From: an uncultured Pseudomonadota bacterium
Lineage (GTDB): Bacteria > Pseudomonadota > Alphaproteobacteria > Rs-D84
Assembly: GCA_902781465.1 (NCBI GenBank)
Contig: CACZJK010000001.1
Location: 142,831-206,830, forward strand
DNA length: 64,000 nucleotides
Direction of reading: 5' to 3'
A model generated the notes under the pieces. It was not told where the DNA came from and ran no database searches. It saw only the letters and a list, made by a program, of their open reading frames with translations. Below are positions 39,131 to 48,472 of the stretch, in pieces; position 1 is the stretch's first letter; the number at the start of each line of letters is the position of its first letter. A program made the translations under genes and the position numbers.

Positions 39131-40732
39131 TTATTCTGTGACTTCTACGCTGTCGATATATTTACGGGATACTTTTTCCAATTTTACCGGTTGAAATTCT
39201 TCTGATGATATGGTTTCTTTTTCTGTGCTGGCATAGATTTGAATTGGTGCATCATTTATTTCAGTTGTTTCTTCGGATACATAGTTCGCGCCGATTGTTT
39301 TTGTTTTGTATTCCGATTTACGACGTAAGTATTCTGGGATTTTTATATAATCGCCAGGATTGATTCCGCGTGTTTTTAATTCTTTTTCTGAAACGGTCTT
39401 CAAATCAGATATGTTCACACTGTACAAAGGAACCAAAAAATTTGTTGGTGCATTTTTAGATTCTGTGACTTCACCAGAACCGTTTAATTCCATTATTCGT
39501 AATGCGCGTTCTGATTCCCCAGATGGCTGAATACGGAACATACCGGTTGTTCCAATATAACCGCTTGGGTCAAAAAGGTATGCGTCTTTTGATTTTTGTG
39601 TATAGAGCATGCCTAATGATAAATTCGCGGCATCATAACCAAACGCGGCCAAAAAGTCAGGGTCTTTGCCGGAAACCATATTATAAAGCGCGACAAAATT
39701 ATCTGATACAGGTGGCAATGTCGCGTATTTGGCGCCACTCATTGTGAAATCCGATGCGATATCTGAACCGTGCCAAAGTGTTGTCCCGTACATTGCCGCA
39801 TCGCGATTTCCAACGCCGTAATAGCGCAAGAAAGATGTGATTGTTTTCGCGTCTTCGCCAGACCCAAGGAACAATATGGAATCATAAGGTACCGGCCCCA
39901 AAGTTTCTGTGCGTGATATTTTTTCCAATTGGTTTTCAAGGTTTTTTCTGGTTGTATAATCCACGCTTTCTTTGTTTATGATATCAGACAAAACTTCGCG
40001 GGCGCGAGTGTTTGCACTGCTGCGTGCGTTATACATAGATGCGCGCATGGCAACATCTTTGATTGATTCTGAATTTCCTGATTTATAATAAAACAGTCCG
40101 TTTATTGGCATGTCGTAAGCATCTGAAATCTTCGTTGCAGCGGCCGCCATTTGTTTTCCAGAGTTATCGTCAGGTGCCAAAACCAACATCGTTTTTGCAC
40201 CGTCAGATTGCATTTGACGAACTATTGTTTCGATACTCTGGGTTGGAATAAGGTTCATGGTCACCAAATTATCACCCAAAGCATTTACATCAGAAGTAAA
40301 TGAAATTACCGGGGTTTTTGATGGTTTAGCACTGCGTAATTCGTTTGCATCTTCGGCGAATAATGGACCGATAATGACGTCTGGATTTGTGTTTAATGCA
40401 TCCCTTATAACCAAATCGCGTCTTGATTTTTCCCCAGATAAATCATAAAAAGAAACGCGTATATTTTCTGCGGGTTTGCTTAAAAAAGCGGTTTCAATAG
40501 ATGTTTTTATGTTTTGACCAACTGTCTTAGCAGGTCCGTTCATAGGTAATAATACGGCAATATTTGCGTTTGGACCCGCATCGTCAGACCCGTACATTGA
40601 CGAAGAATAAAGAAAATCGCCAGATAAATCTGTTGGGTTAGATGTGACAACAGGGACTGTTTTAGTAATCTGGGTTGTGCCACAAGACGCAACCAAAAGA
40701 GCAGACAAAATTAAAAATTTATTCATATACAT
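39131..40732 (-). CDS. LpoA/LppC-family periplasmic lipoprotein (PBP activator-like, periplasmic-binding-protein fold)
   Basis: Lipobox LLVASCG; LIVBP-like domain; divergent from rsmI as in the E. coli yraL/yraM pair. Confidence 0.5.
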   Translation of the reverse strand: MYMNKFLILSALLVASCGTTQITKTVPVVTSNPTDLSGDFLYSSSMYGSDDAGPNANIAVLLPMNGPAKTVGQNIKTSIETAFLSKPAENIRVSFYDLSGEKSRRDLVIRDALNTNPDVIIGPLFAEDANELRSAKPSKTPVISFTSDVNALGDNLVTMNLIPTQSIETIVRQMQSDGAKTMLVLAPDDNSGKQMAAAATKISDAYDMPINGLFYYKSGNSESIKDVAMRASMYNARSSANTRAREVLSDIINKESVDYTTRKNLENQLEKISRTETLGPVPYDSILFLGSGEDAKTITSFLRYYGVGNRDAAMYGTTLWHGSDIASDFTMSGAKYATLPPVSDNFVALYNMVSGKDPDFLAAFGYDAANLSLGMLYTQKSKDAYLFDPSGYIGTTGMFRIQPSGESERALRIMELNGSGEVTESKNAPTNFLVPLYSVNISDLKTVSEKELKTRGINPGDYIKIPEYLRRKSEYKTKTIGANYVSEETTEINDAPIQIYASTEKETISSEEFQPVKLEKVSRKYIDSVEVTE

Positions 40733-40781
40733 TGAAAAACCTACTTTTTATATGTATTATTCTACTATAAAAGGATAAAAA

Positions 40782-41567
40782 ATGCAATCAGGGCTTTATG
40801 TTGTCGGAACACCAATTGGAAATTTGTCTGATATGTCGCCACGTGCAATCGAAGTTTTGCGTGATGCAGATTTAATTGCGGCCGAAGATACACGCGTATT
40901 TGGAAAACTGGCACATCATTTTGATATAAAAACTAAAACTGTGTCGTGCCATGAACATAATGAACGCGAAGTTGTTGATTCTTTGGTTGAAAAGATGTTA
41001 AATGGGCAGTCAATTGCGACTGTATCTGATGCGGGGATGCCAGGGATAAGTGATCCTGGATTTCGTCTTATTCGTGCGGCACGTGCGGCGCATGTTCCGG
41101 TGTTTGTTGTTCCAGGACCGACTGCGGCGATATCTGCACTGGTTTTAACAGGATTTCCAACAGACAGATTTACTTTCTGTGGATTCTTTGATGAAAAGAA
41201 AGTTCGTGAAGATAACCGAATTCGCCATACTATAATTTATTACGAAAGCCCGAACAGGGTTATGGATACTATAAAAGTATTGGCGTCTGTTATGCCGGAA
41301 CGCGAAATTGCAATTGTTCGTGAAATTACCAAAATTCATGAAGAAACTATTATTGGATATCCGGCTGATTTGTTAAACATAGAACCACCGCGTGGGGAAA
41401 TAGTTATCGTGGTTGCGCCGGCACCCGATAAAAAGATGACCGATGATGAAATCAGTGAAATCGTAAATGATATCGTATCAAACTCTACGAAATCTGCGGC
41501 GGCTGAATTGGCAGCACGTGCGGGTATTTCAAAAAAAGAAGCATATAAAAAATTGGTGAATAAATAA
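40782..41567 (+). CDS. rsmI: 16S rRNA (cytidine1402-2'-O)-methyltransferase
   Basis: N-terminus LYVVGTPIGNLSDMSPRAIEVLRDADLIAAEDTR typical of the tetrapyrrole-methylase-fold RsmI. Confidence 0.85.
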   Translation: MQSGLYVVGTPIGNLSDMSPRAIEVLRDADLIAAEDTRVFGKLAHHFDIKTKTVSCHEHNEREVVDSLVEKMLNGQSIATVSDAGMPGISDPGFRLIRAARAAHVPVFVVPGPTAAISALVLTGFPTDRFTFCGFFDEKKVREDNRIRHTIIYYESPNRVMDTIKVLASVMPEREIAIVREITKIHEETIIGYPADLLNIEPPRGEIVIVVAPAPDKKMTDDEISEIVNDIVSNSTKSAAAELAARAGISKKEAYKKLVNK

Positions 41568-42121
41568 TGATTAAATTTGTCGGATCTTTTGAAACAGTTA
41601 AATCACTGCCAAATACACAGTTCGCAGAATACGCTTTTGTTGGGCGCAGTAATGTTGGTAAATCTTCGTTAATAAATGCTGTGCTGGGTGAAAAGGTTGC
41701 ACGAACTTCTAATACCCCAGGGCGTACCCAAAGTCTAAATTTATTTAATATGGATGATAAGTCAATGATTGTTGATTTGCCGGGTTATGGCTTTGCGCGT
41801 GTATCAAAGGCTGACGCAATGCGCTGGCTGGAAAGATTGGAAGAATATTTATTAAATCGTTCACAATTACGCAGGTTATTTGTTTTAATTGATTCGCGTA
41901 TTGGACCAAAAGATTCTGATTTAGATTTGATGGATTTTTGCGATAAAAATGGAATTTGTTATCAGGTTGTTTATACAAAGAAAGACAAAAAAATTCGTGA
42001 AAGCGACCAAGTAAAACTTTCGCATGAAAATCATCCTGCGATGATTGAAAGGGTTTTAGAAACTTCTGCGGAAAAGAAATATGGCCTTGATGAATTAAGA
42101 GATATTATCGGTGTTAAATAA
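41567..42121 (+). CDS. engB: Ribosome biogenesis GTP-binding protein YihA/EngB
   Basis: G1 GRSNVGKSS, G3 DLPGYG, G4 TKKD. Confidence 0.85.
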   Translation: MIKFVGSFETVKSLPNTQFAEYAFVGRSNVGKSSLINAVLGEKVARTSNTPGRTQSLNLFNMDDKSMIVDLPGYGFARVSKADAMRWLERLEEYLLNRSQLRRLFVLIDSRIGPKDSDLDLMDFCDKNGICYQVVYTKKDKKIRESDQVKLSHENHPAMIERVLETSAEKKYGLDELRDIIGVK

Positions 42122-44591
42122 TAACATTTTTAATGTTTCTAATCCGATGCGTATGCTGGATGCGCTGTGGTTTCAAATCGCGCAATATAAAAATGATTTT
42201 TCAAATGTTTTGATATTTTTGCCTTCGCGTCGTGCTATACGCAGTGTTGAAAGATTTATTTTTGAAAAAATAGGGCATGCGGTTATTTTACCAAATCTGG
42301 TTCCTTTGGGTGATGGTGTGGACGATGAAGAAGAAGTTTATGCTGACACCATATCAAATCGTGAACGCATAATTATACTGGCGCGTTTATTATCAATGGA
42401 CGCCAATGTTAAAAATATTGCAACTGCATTACCGCTTAGTCGTGATTTTATTCGTATGCAAGATTATATGGAAAATGAAGGCGTTCGAATAAATGATATA
42501 GATTGGACATCTTTAATTGATGATAAATATGCAACGCATTTCCAAAATAAAGCGCGCATACTGGATATATTAAAACAATTACCAGATGACAGATTGACGA
42601 CAACCCAAAAAAGAAATTCTGATATACGCGCATGGAAAAATCATTTGGATAAATATGATTGTGTTATTGTTTGTGGTTCAACGGCATCGGTGCCTGCTAC
42701 GGCAGATTTAATGGAATATGTGGCGGGGCTTTCAAATGGTAAAATTATTTTATCTGGGAAAATAAATGGTAATGAAACTGATTTTGAATTGGATACTAAT
42801 CCGTACCACAGTGAAAATTTATTTTTGAAAAGGTTGGGTTTGTCATTTGCTGATGTTCAAACTATTGATGTTGGGGACAGTGTGATTGATATTATGAATA
42901 CGGCCTTTGGAAATACTGGCGAACATATAGATAACAAGTTAGATAATTGTAAATTGATTGAATGTGCACGTGAAAGCGAAGAAGCCTTGGCCGCAACATA
43001 TATCGCAAAGCGTGCGATAAAAGAAAATAAATCTGTGTTGATAATTACACCCGATGCAGCGGCGAATCAGCGTATTAAATCAGAAATGGTGCGCGTGGGA
43101 ATTGATGCAGATTTTTCATCTGGCTTGTCTGGGACAATGACTAATCTTGGGCGTGCAATATTAAATTTATTTGATAATTGGATTGAAAATAATTGTGGTG
43201 AATTTGAAAAACTGTATGCACAAAGTAATTATAATTTATTTAATATGTTGGTGTCTTTTGTTGATTCTGAAAACAATTATGACTTTCAACCAAACTTCAC
43301 AATTGAAAATGAAAGCGATATTCCAATCTGGAACGCGATAAAAGAAACGGCTGATATATTATGTGCCAATGAAATAGTATTAAATATATTTGATGCGCGC
43401 GCGTTTATAGCCGATGCGATTGGATCTGTTTCAATTCGCCCGAATAAAAGTGATGATTGCAAGGTTTGTGTTTTGGGAACGATTGAATCGCGTATGCAGA
43501 CCGCAGATGTTATTATATTGACCGGACTTAACGAAGGGATGTTTCCGTCTTTGGGTTATGAAAATGCTTGGTTGCCACGTGATATAGCAAACAAGATTGG
43601 TTTGCCGTCGCCAAATCGCAAAGTATCTTTGATGGCATTAGATTTTATGAATTTATCGTGTGGGGCAGAGGTTTATTGGTTGCGTTCAAAACAATCTGGC
43701 GGAACATTGACGACAGAATCACGTTTCCTTTCGCGTGTTCGTGTTGCAATTGGCGATATAGAAACTGATGATGAAATATTGAATATGGTAAGGTTGACGG
43801 ACGATGTACCATATCAGCCTTTGGATTATTCACCGCCAACACCACCGATTGATAAAAGTGATATCTTTGTGACGGACATAGAATTACTGATTCATAATCC
43901 GTATGCGTTTTATGTTAAACATATTTTAAAACTGCGCAAAAAAGATGATTATTGGGTTTTGCCTGATGCGCGTAATTTTGGAATTTTAATACATGATGTA
44001 ATTGAAAATGCGCGGGATTTTAATGCCGACAATTTGATAAAAGAAATGGATACTCGTGCAAAACAAGTTTTGCCACCTGATTCAATATTGTTTTATTTTT
44101 GGCATAAAAGATTTTGTGAAATCGCACCTTTTGTCGAAGAATTTTTTAAGAATAAATCGATTAAATACAAAGAAGTCTTGGGCAGTGTAAATATTATGGG
44201 GCGCAATGTTCGTGCACGTGCTGATATTATCTGGGACGGTGTGGTTATGGATATAAAAACTGGTTCTGCACCAAGTAAAAAACAGTTGTTGGATGGTACG
44301 ATGCCGCAATTACCATTGGAAGCATTTATAATGCAAAACAATGGTTTTCCATTGAAAATGAGTGATGTTTCAATTACACCGATAATACAATTTTTACAAT
44401 TGAAAAATGGTAATCCTGAATTGATAGAATACAGTGATGATATTGCACGCGAAATGATTGAAAACAGTGTTCAAAAAGTTCGCGAATTATTCGGACAATA
44501 CAGCACTGATAAAATTGCATCATACGAATACCGCGAAGCAACCGGCGCCAAATATCATGAATACGATGACCTGGCACGTGTAAGCGATTAA
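42111..44591 (+). CDS. addB: Double-strand break repair protein AddB (alphaproteobacterial type, short form)
   Basis: N-terminus DALWFQIA...VLIFLPSRRAIRSVERFIF matches the AddB N-terminus; C-terminal RecB-like nuclease motif MDIKTGSAPSKKQLLDGTMPQLPLEAF; no addA adjacent. Confidence 0.65.
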   Translation: MLNNNIFNVSNPMRMLDALWFQIAQYKNDFSNVLIFLPSRRAIRSVERFIFEKIGHAVILPNLVPLGDGVDDEEEVYADTISNRERIIILARLLSMDANVKNIATALPLSRDFIRMQDYMENEGVRINDIDWTSLIDDKYATHFQNKARILDILKQLPDDRLTTTQKRNSDIRAWKNHLDKYDCVIVCGSTASVPATADLMEYVAGLSNGKIILSGKINGNETDFELDTNPYHSENLFLKRLGLSFADVQTIDVGDSVIDIMNTAFGNTGEHIDNKLDNCKLIECARESEEALAATYIAKRAIKENKSVLIITPDAAANQRIKSEMVRVGIDADFSSGLSGTMTNLGRAILNLFDNWIENNCGEFEKLYAQSNYNLFNMLVSFVDSENNYDFQPNFTIENESDIPIWNAIKETADILCANEIVLNIFDARAFIADAIGSVSIRPNKSDDCKVCVLGTIESRMQTADVIILTGLNEGMFPSLGYENAWLPRDIANKIGLPSPNRKVSLMALDFMNLSCGAEVYWLRSKQSGGTLTTESRFLSRVRVAIGDIETDDEILNMVRLTDDVPYQPLDYSPPTPPIDKSDIFVTDIELLIHNPYAFYVKHILKLRKKDDYWVLPDARNFGILIHDVIENARDFNADNLIKEMDTRAKQVLPPDSILFYFWHKRFCEIAPFVEEFFKNKSIKYKEVLGSVNIMGRNVRARADIIWDGVVMDIKTGSAPSKKQLLDGTMPQLPLEAFIMQNNGFPLKMSDVSITPIIQFLQLKNGNPELIEYSDDIAREMIENSVQKVRELFGQYSTDKIASYEYREATGAKYHEYDDLARVSD

Positions 44592-44615
44592 AAATTTTTT
44601 TAGTATTTTTATTTC

Positions 44616-44644
44616 TTGTGAATGTTTTTGTTTAATGTTATAAT
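44616..44644 (+). promoter_or_regulatory. Sigma70 promoter TTGTGA-17-TATAAT driving the structured leader and secreted-protein operon
   Basis: TTGTGA 44616-44621; TATAAT 44639-44644. Confidence 0.5.
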
Positions 44645-44650
44645 TTTTCC

Positions 44651-44848
44651 ATCAGGAAGAGTTTTCCTGATGGGACTCAAAACCCTTGCCAACGAGTTGT
44701 CCTTTGAAGGACGTAAAAGAACTCCAACTTATGGTTGGAGGGTCGTGAATATATTGAATAAGCGCGCAATTTCTCGTTGAATTGTTTTGAGCCTCCAACC
44801 GCCCGATTTTCTGGCGGTATTTTGTTGAAAGCAAACAGGGAGGAAATC
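44651..44848 (+). ncRNA. Structured 5' leader (about 200 nt) with alternative pairings, an anti-SD CCUCC element and an intrinsic terminator; candidate riboswitch/attenuator
   Basis: Hairpin CCATCAGGAA/TTCCTGATGG; long-range pairs CTCAAAAC(44676)/GTTTTGAG(44784) and CAACGAG(44690)/CTCGTTG(44773); GGTTGGAGG (44733) can pair either with CTCCAAC (44722) or with CCTCCAACC (44792), which also complements the SD AGGGAGG (44837); terminator CCGCC-cgattttct-GGCGG plus U-run at 44799-44826. Confidence 0.45.
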
Positions 44849-45547
44849 GTGAAAAAGATTTTAATAATATTATCAATGCTGTGTTTTGGTGCGTATGCTG
44901 AACAAATAACGATAAATTGGGGTGTTGATAATAAGTCTTATACAACAACAACATGTGAAATTGGTGGCGATGTCGTATTGCCAGTCGTATCAAAACGTGG
45001 CTATGTTTTTCGTGGCTGGAAAGCAGAACATTTTGATCGTGGAACGTTTGCAAATTGGACTACAGTTCCAAATATTGTTAATGGTTATGCAAGTGATTCT
45101 TATGGTAGCCAGATGCCAAAAAAGGGAGATTATATAATAATTAGTGATGCAAGTGACTATAACACAGTAAAAATTTATTCTGTGCAAGTGAATTCTCCAA
45201 GTTTTCATAAAAATTTTACAGTAACGTATCAAGGAGTTATACATGAATATAAAAACATAGAACAAGGAAACCAAGATTTTTATATTTTAGATGGTGCTAT
45301 ACGTATAACATCTACAAAAAACACATGGCGATATATAGCCGTACAAGATATTGAATATAAAAATGTTGTTTATCATAGTGGCGAGGTTTTTGTTGCGAAT
45401 AATAGCTGGTATTACGTAGATTTAACTGTAAATGCCAGTTTATATTCAGATAAAATATCTGGTACATGGAAATTCGTATATGACGGTGTATGGGAGCAAG
45501 ATGGTATATCTGGTTGGAAACCAGTCGAACAAATAATTGGTGAATAA
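44849..45547 (+). CDS. Secreted protein with Listeria-Bacteroides (Flg_new-type) repeat; GTG start after RBS AGGGAGG
   Basis: Signal peptide VKKILIILSMLCFGAYA; repeat signature ITINWGVDN...GDVVLPVVSKRGYVFRGWK. The six-frame ORF start at 44777 would run through the leader. Confidence 0.55.
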   Translation: MKKILIILSMLCFGAYAEQITINWGVDNKSYTTTTCEIGGDVVLPVVSKRGYVFRGWKAEHFDRGTFANWTTVPNIVNGYASDSYGSQMPKKGDYIIISDASDYNTVKIYSVQVNSPSFHKNFTVTYQGVIHEYKNIEQGNQDFYILDGAIRITSTKNTWRYIAVQDIEYKNVVYHSGEVFVANNSWYYVDLTVNASLYSDKISGTWKFVYDGVWEQDGISGWKPVEQIIGE

Positions 45548-46022
45548 TATGAAATATATATTGGTTGTTTTTCTGTTGTTTTCTTTTCCTGTTTTGGCCG
45601 ATGATTTATATACAAATGATATTATCGGTGGTTGCGGTGACGCGTATTATTACACTGCTGAATTTGAACCAATTTCTTATACGTGTTTGTCTGGACAGTT
45701 TCTACCTGCGGGTGCAATATCTTGTCTGCCATGTCCGGATGGTTATACCTGTTCTGGTGGAACATATGCTTTCAACGCAAATCAAACCCAGGGTATTAGT
45801 GAAGGCGATATATTGGTCACCAATGCAATTGGCAGTTGTTCACCACAATTCAACCAAAGTTTTAGTGCGATATTTGAACCAAATACAATAACGATAAACT
45901 GGGACGATGGGACGAATACTGTTCAAAATACTTGCATATACGGACAATCAATAACTTTGCCCCCAACACCAGTTCGTCCGGGTTATAAATTCGGGGGGTG
46001 GCGGGTAAAACGTAAAGATTGA
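45537..46022 (+). CDS. Secreted Cys-rich protein with a Listeria-Bacteroides repeat
   Basis: Signal peptide MKYILVVFLLFSFPVLA; ITINWDDGTN...GQSITLPPTPVRPGYKFGGWRV. Confidence 0.55.
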   Translation: MVNNMKYILVVFLLFSFPVLADDLYTNDIIGGCGDAYYYTAEFEPISYTCLSGQFLPAGAISCLPCPDGYTCSGGTYAFNANQTQGISEGDILVTNAIGSCSPQFNQSFSAIFEPNTITINWDDGTNTVQNTCIYGQSITLPPTPVRPGYKFGGWRVKRKD

Positions 46023-46023
46023 T

Positions 46024-46797
46024 TTAATCTTTGATTTCCAACATCAACCCGCAATGGTCGGTTGGTTTGTCGGCCAATCTTGGTTCTATATCTATTTCAC
46101 AATTTTTAATCATTTTTGCGGCCGTTTTATTACAAAGGAAATAATCCAGGCGTAATCCTTGTTTATTGCCCACTGTGTCGCGACCACGATATCCGTACCA
46201 TGTATAATCTATGTCGTTTGGATGTAATGTTCGCCATGCGTCCACCCAACCCATATCCAACCATTGTTGCATAATATCGCGTGCCGCCGGTGCAGATATA
46301 GATGAACCTATATAATTTTTCGGATTCCAAATATCGCGGTCTTCAATTGCAACATTATAATCGCCTGCGATGATAACCGGTTCTTCGCTATCGATATATT
46401 GCGATATATATTGTGTAAATGCGCGCATCCAATCCAATTTATATGGAAACTTTGGTGATTCAATACAATCGCCATTTGGCATATATACGTTTATCAGACG
46501 AACACGTCCGTCAATTACACTTTCCAAAAATCTGGCGTTTATATCAGGGTATGTCGGCATGCCCATAGTGACATCTTCGATTGAATACTTTGAAAAAGTT
46601 GCAACCCCGTTCCAAGATTTTTGACCAAAAACTTTTATATTATATCCGTATTCATCCAATAAATTATATGGGAAATTAGCATTTTCTACTTTTAATTCTT
46701 GGACCAATATTGTGTCGTATTCATTTTTGCGCAAAATATCCATAAAACTTTCAATGTGTGCGCGAATTGAATTGATATTTAATGTTAGTATTTTCAT
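46024..46797 (-). CDS. xthA: Exodeoxyribonuclease III
   Basis: MKILTLNINSIRA…LVQELK…DYNV…DHCGL (EEP-fold Xth motifs). Confidence 0.9.
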   Translation of the reverse strand: MKILTLNINSIRAHIESFMDILRKNEYDTILVQELKVENANFPYNLLDEYGYNIKVFGQKSWNGVATFSKYSIEDVTMGMPTYPDINARFLESVIDGRVRLINVYMPNGDCIESPKFPYKLDWMRAFTQYISQYIDSEEPVIIAGDYNVAIEDRDIWNPKNYIGSSISAPAARDIMQQWLDMGWVDAWRTLHPNDIDYTWYGYRGRDTVGNKQGLRLDYFLCNKTAAKMIKNCEIDIEPRLADKPTDHCGLMLEIKD

Positions 46798-46867
46798 AAT
46801 TGCAATCTTTTTTTTATAAGTCTATAATACACAATGTCCAATATAAAAACAACAAGGATTTTATGTT

Positions 46868-48460
46868 ATGAATATGTATCAAGTGTTCAAGCAAGTGGCG
46901 AAAGAATCGCCAGATGCTTTGTTTCTGGTACGCGAAAAAATCACTTTCAAAAAAGCGTTATCAATGATTCATGCACGTGCAACTGCATTGCACAAGATGG
47001 GGGTGAAAAAAGGCGATGTTGTTGGTTTGTTATCGCATAATATACCTGAATTTCCATTGACTCTTTTCGCGATATGGTATTTGGGTGGAACTGTTTTGTT
47101 GCTGGATACAAATTTAACACCGTTTGAATATGACAATATGACTAAATTGGTTAAGTGTAAATTTGTATGTGCGGAAAAATCTTTTTTCTATAAAGCAAAA
47201 GGTTTCAAGTTCTTTGATATTCAAACCCCAGATGAAAAGGCTGATTCTAAATTAAAACCGGCAGAATTAGACGAAAATGATATTGCGACTTTATCATTTA
47301 CGTCTGGTTCAACTGGCAATCCAAAGGTTGTTCCGTTAACACATGGTAATTTGAAAAATTCTTCTGATTATTATGCAGATATGGGCGATTGGATTCATAA
47401 AAATGAAATAATGTATGGATTTTTACCATTGTATCATATCTTTGGTTTTGCGGCTGGTATTTTGGCACCAATGTATTTTCATATGGGAATATTATTACAA
47501 CCAACAGTCAATCCGCGTAATATCTTGGAAGATTTCAAGATTTATAAACCACATTGTATTCCTGCGGTTCCGCGCCTTTATGAAGTTTTTCGTAATAAAA
47601 TTATCGAAGGCGTCAAAGAAAAACGCATGTGGTGGTTCGTATCTTTTGTGTTAAAACATCAAAAGTTTTTACGTGCGATTGGTTTGGGCAAGTTGGTTAA
47701 AAAAGTCCAAAAGCCTTTGCGTGATATCTTTGGCGGTCGTGTGAATTTGATGATTGCCGGGGGTGCTGCGACCAAGCCAGAGGTTGAAAAATTCTATGAA
47801 TCACTGGGTATTACCTTTGTCCAAGGCTATGGTATGACAGAAACAGTAGGGCCTTTCTGTTGTTCGCGTCCATCAAAACATCGGGTGCCATTTGCATTTG
47901 GAACACCTATTGGTTGTTCTGAATGTACAATTCGTGATGCCGATGAAAAAGGTATTGGAACGCTTTGGGTTCGTGGACCAAATATCTTCAAAGGCTATCT
48001 GAATAATAAAGAAGCCAATAAAGATTCTTTTGATAAGGACGGTTGGTTTAATACGGGTGACCTTGTTTATCTGGATAAATATAATCAATATCATTTCGCC
48101 GGTCGTAAAAAACAAGTAATTGTTTTGGACAGTGGTAAAAATGTATATCCGGATGAATTAGAAGCATTGTTTATGGAAATAGATGGTGTTAAAAATGTTG
48201 CAGTCTTTGAACATAAAATCAAAGATAAAACTGTCACTTATGCTGTGTTACAAGTTGAAAAGGGTACGACACTTATAAAATTAGGTGCCCAGATTGCACT
48301 GGCTAATCGCAAGGTTGCGCCTTATAAATGGGTGACACACTTTGCAATGACAACTGATGATTTGCCTGTGACCAGTACTCAAAAGGTAAAACATCATCTT
48401 GTGCGTCAGAATTTAATTGATGGAAAATATCCGAATAATACAGAAAATATTTTAAGGTAA
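46868..48460 (+). CDS. ANL-superfamily adenylate-forming enzyme (acyl-CoA synthetase/AMP-ligase-like), paralog 1 of 3
   Basis: Motifs TSGSTGNPKVV (A3), GYGMTET (A5), GWFNTGDL (A7), GRKKQVIVLDSGKNVYPDELE (A8). Confidence 0.8.
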   Translation: MNMYQVFKQVAKESPDALFLVREKITFKKALSMIHARATALHKMGVKKGDVVGLLSHNIPEFPLTLFAIWYLGGTVLLLDTNLTPFEYDNMTKLVKCKFVCAEKSFFYKAKGFKFFDIQTPDEKADSKLKPAELDENDIATLSFTSGSTGNPKVVPLTHGNLKNSSDYYADMGDWIHKNEIMYGFLPLYHIFGFAAGILAPMYFHMGILLQPTVNPRNILEDFKIYKPHCIPAVPRLYEVFRNKIIEGVKEKRMWWFVSFVLKHQKFLRAIGLGKLVKKVQKPLRDIFGGRVNLMIAGGAATKPEVEKFYESLGITFVQGYGMTETVGPFCCSRPSKHRVPFAFGTPIGCSECTIRDADEKGIGTLWVRGPNIFKGYLNNKEANKDSFDKDGWFNTGDLVYLDKYNQYHFAGRKKQVIVLDSGKNVYPDELEALFMEIDGVKNVAVFEHKIKDKTVTYAVLQVEKGTTLIKLGAQIALANRKVAPYKWVTHFAMTTDDLPVTSTQKVKHHLVRQNLIDGKYPNNTENILR

Positions 48461-48472
48461 GGAATAGAAATT

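Noticed and set aside
38399-39194. Six-frame ORFs 38399-38947 (-), 38556-38741 (-) and 38604-39194 (+) as protein-coding genes
   Set aside because: They run straight through the tRNA-Tyr and tRNA-Gly genes and the GC-rich non-coding tract. Their apparent length comes from the local GC richness, and they have no RBS or motifs.
44652-45053. Minus-strand 133-aa ORF overlapping leader A, and the 44777 start of the + ORF
   Set aside because: The region folds as a structured leader with promoter and terminator. The coding gene starts at the GTG at 44849, which has a perfect AGGGAGG RBS and a signal peptide. The upstream extension would translate through the terminator.
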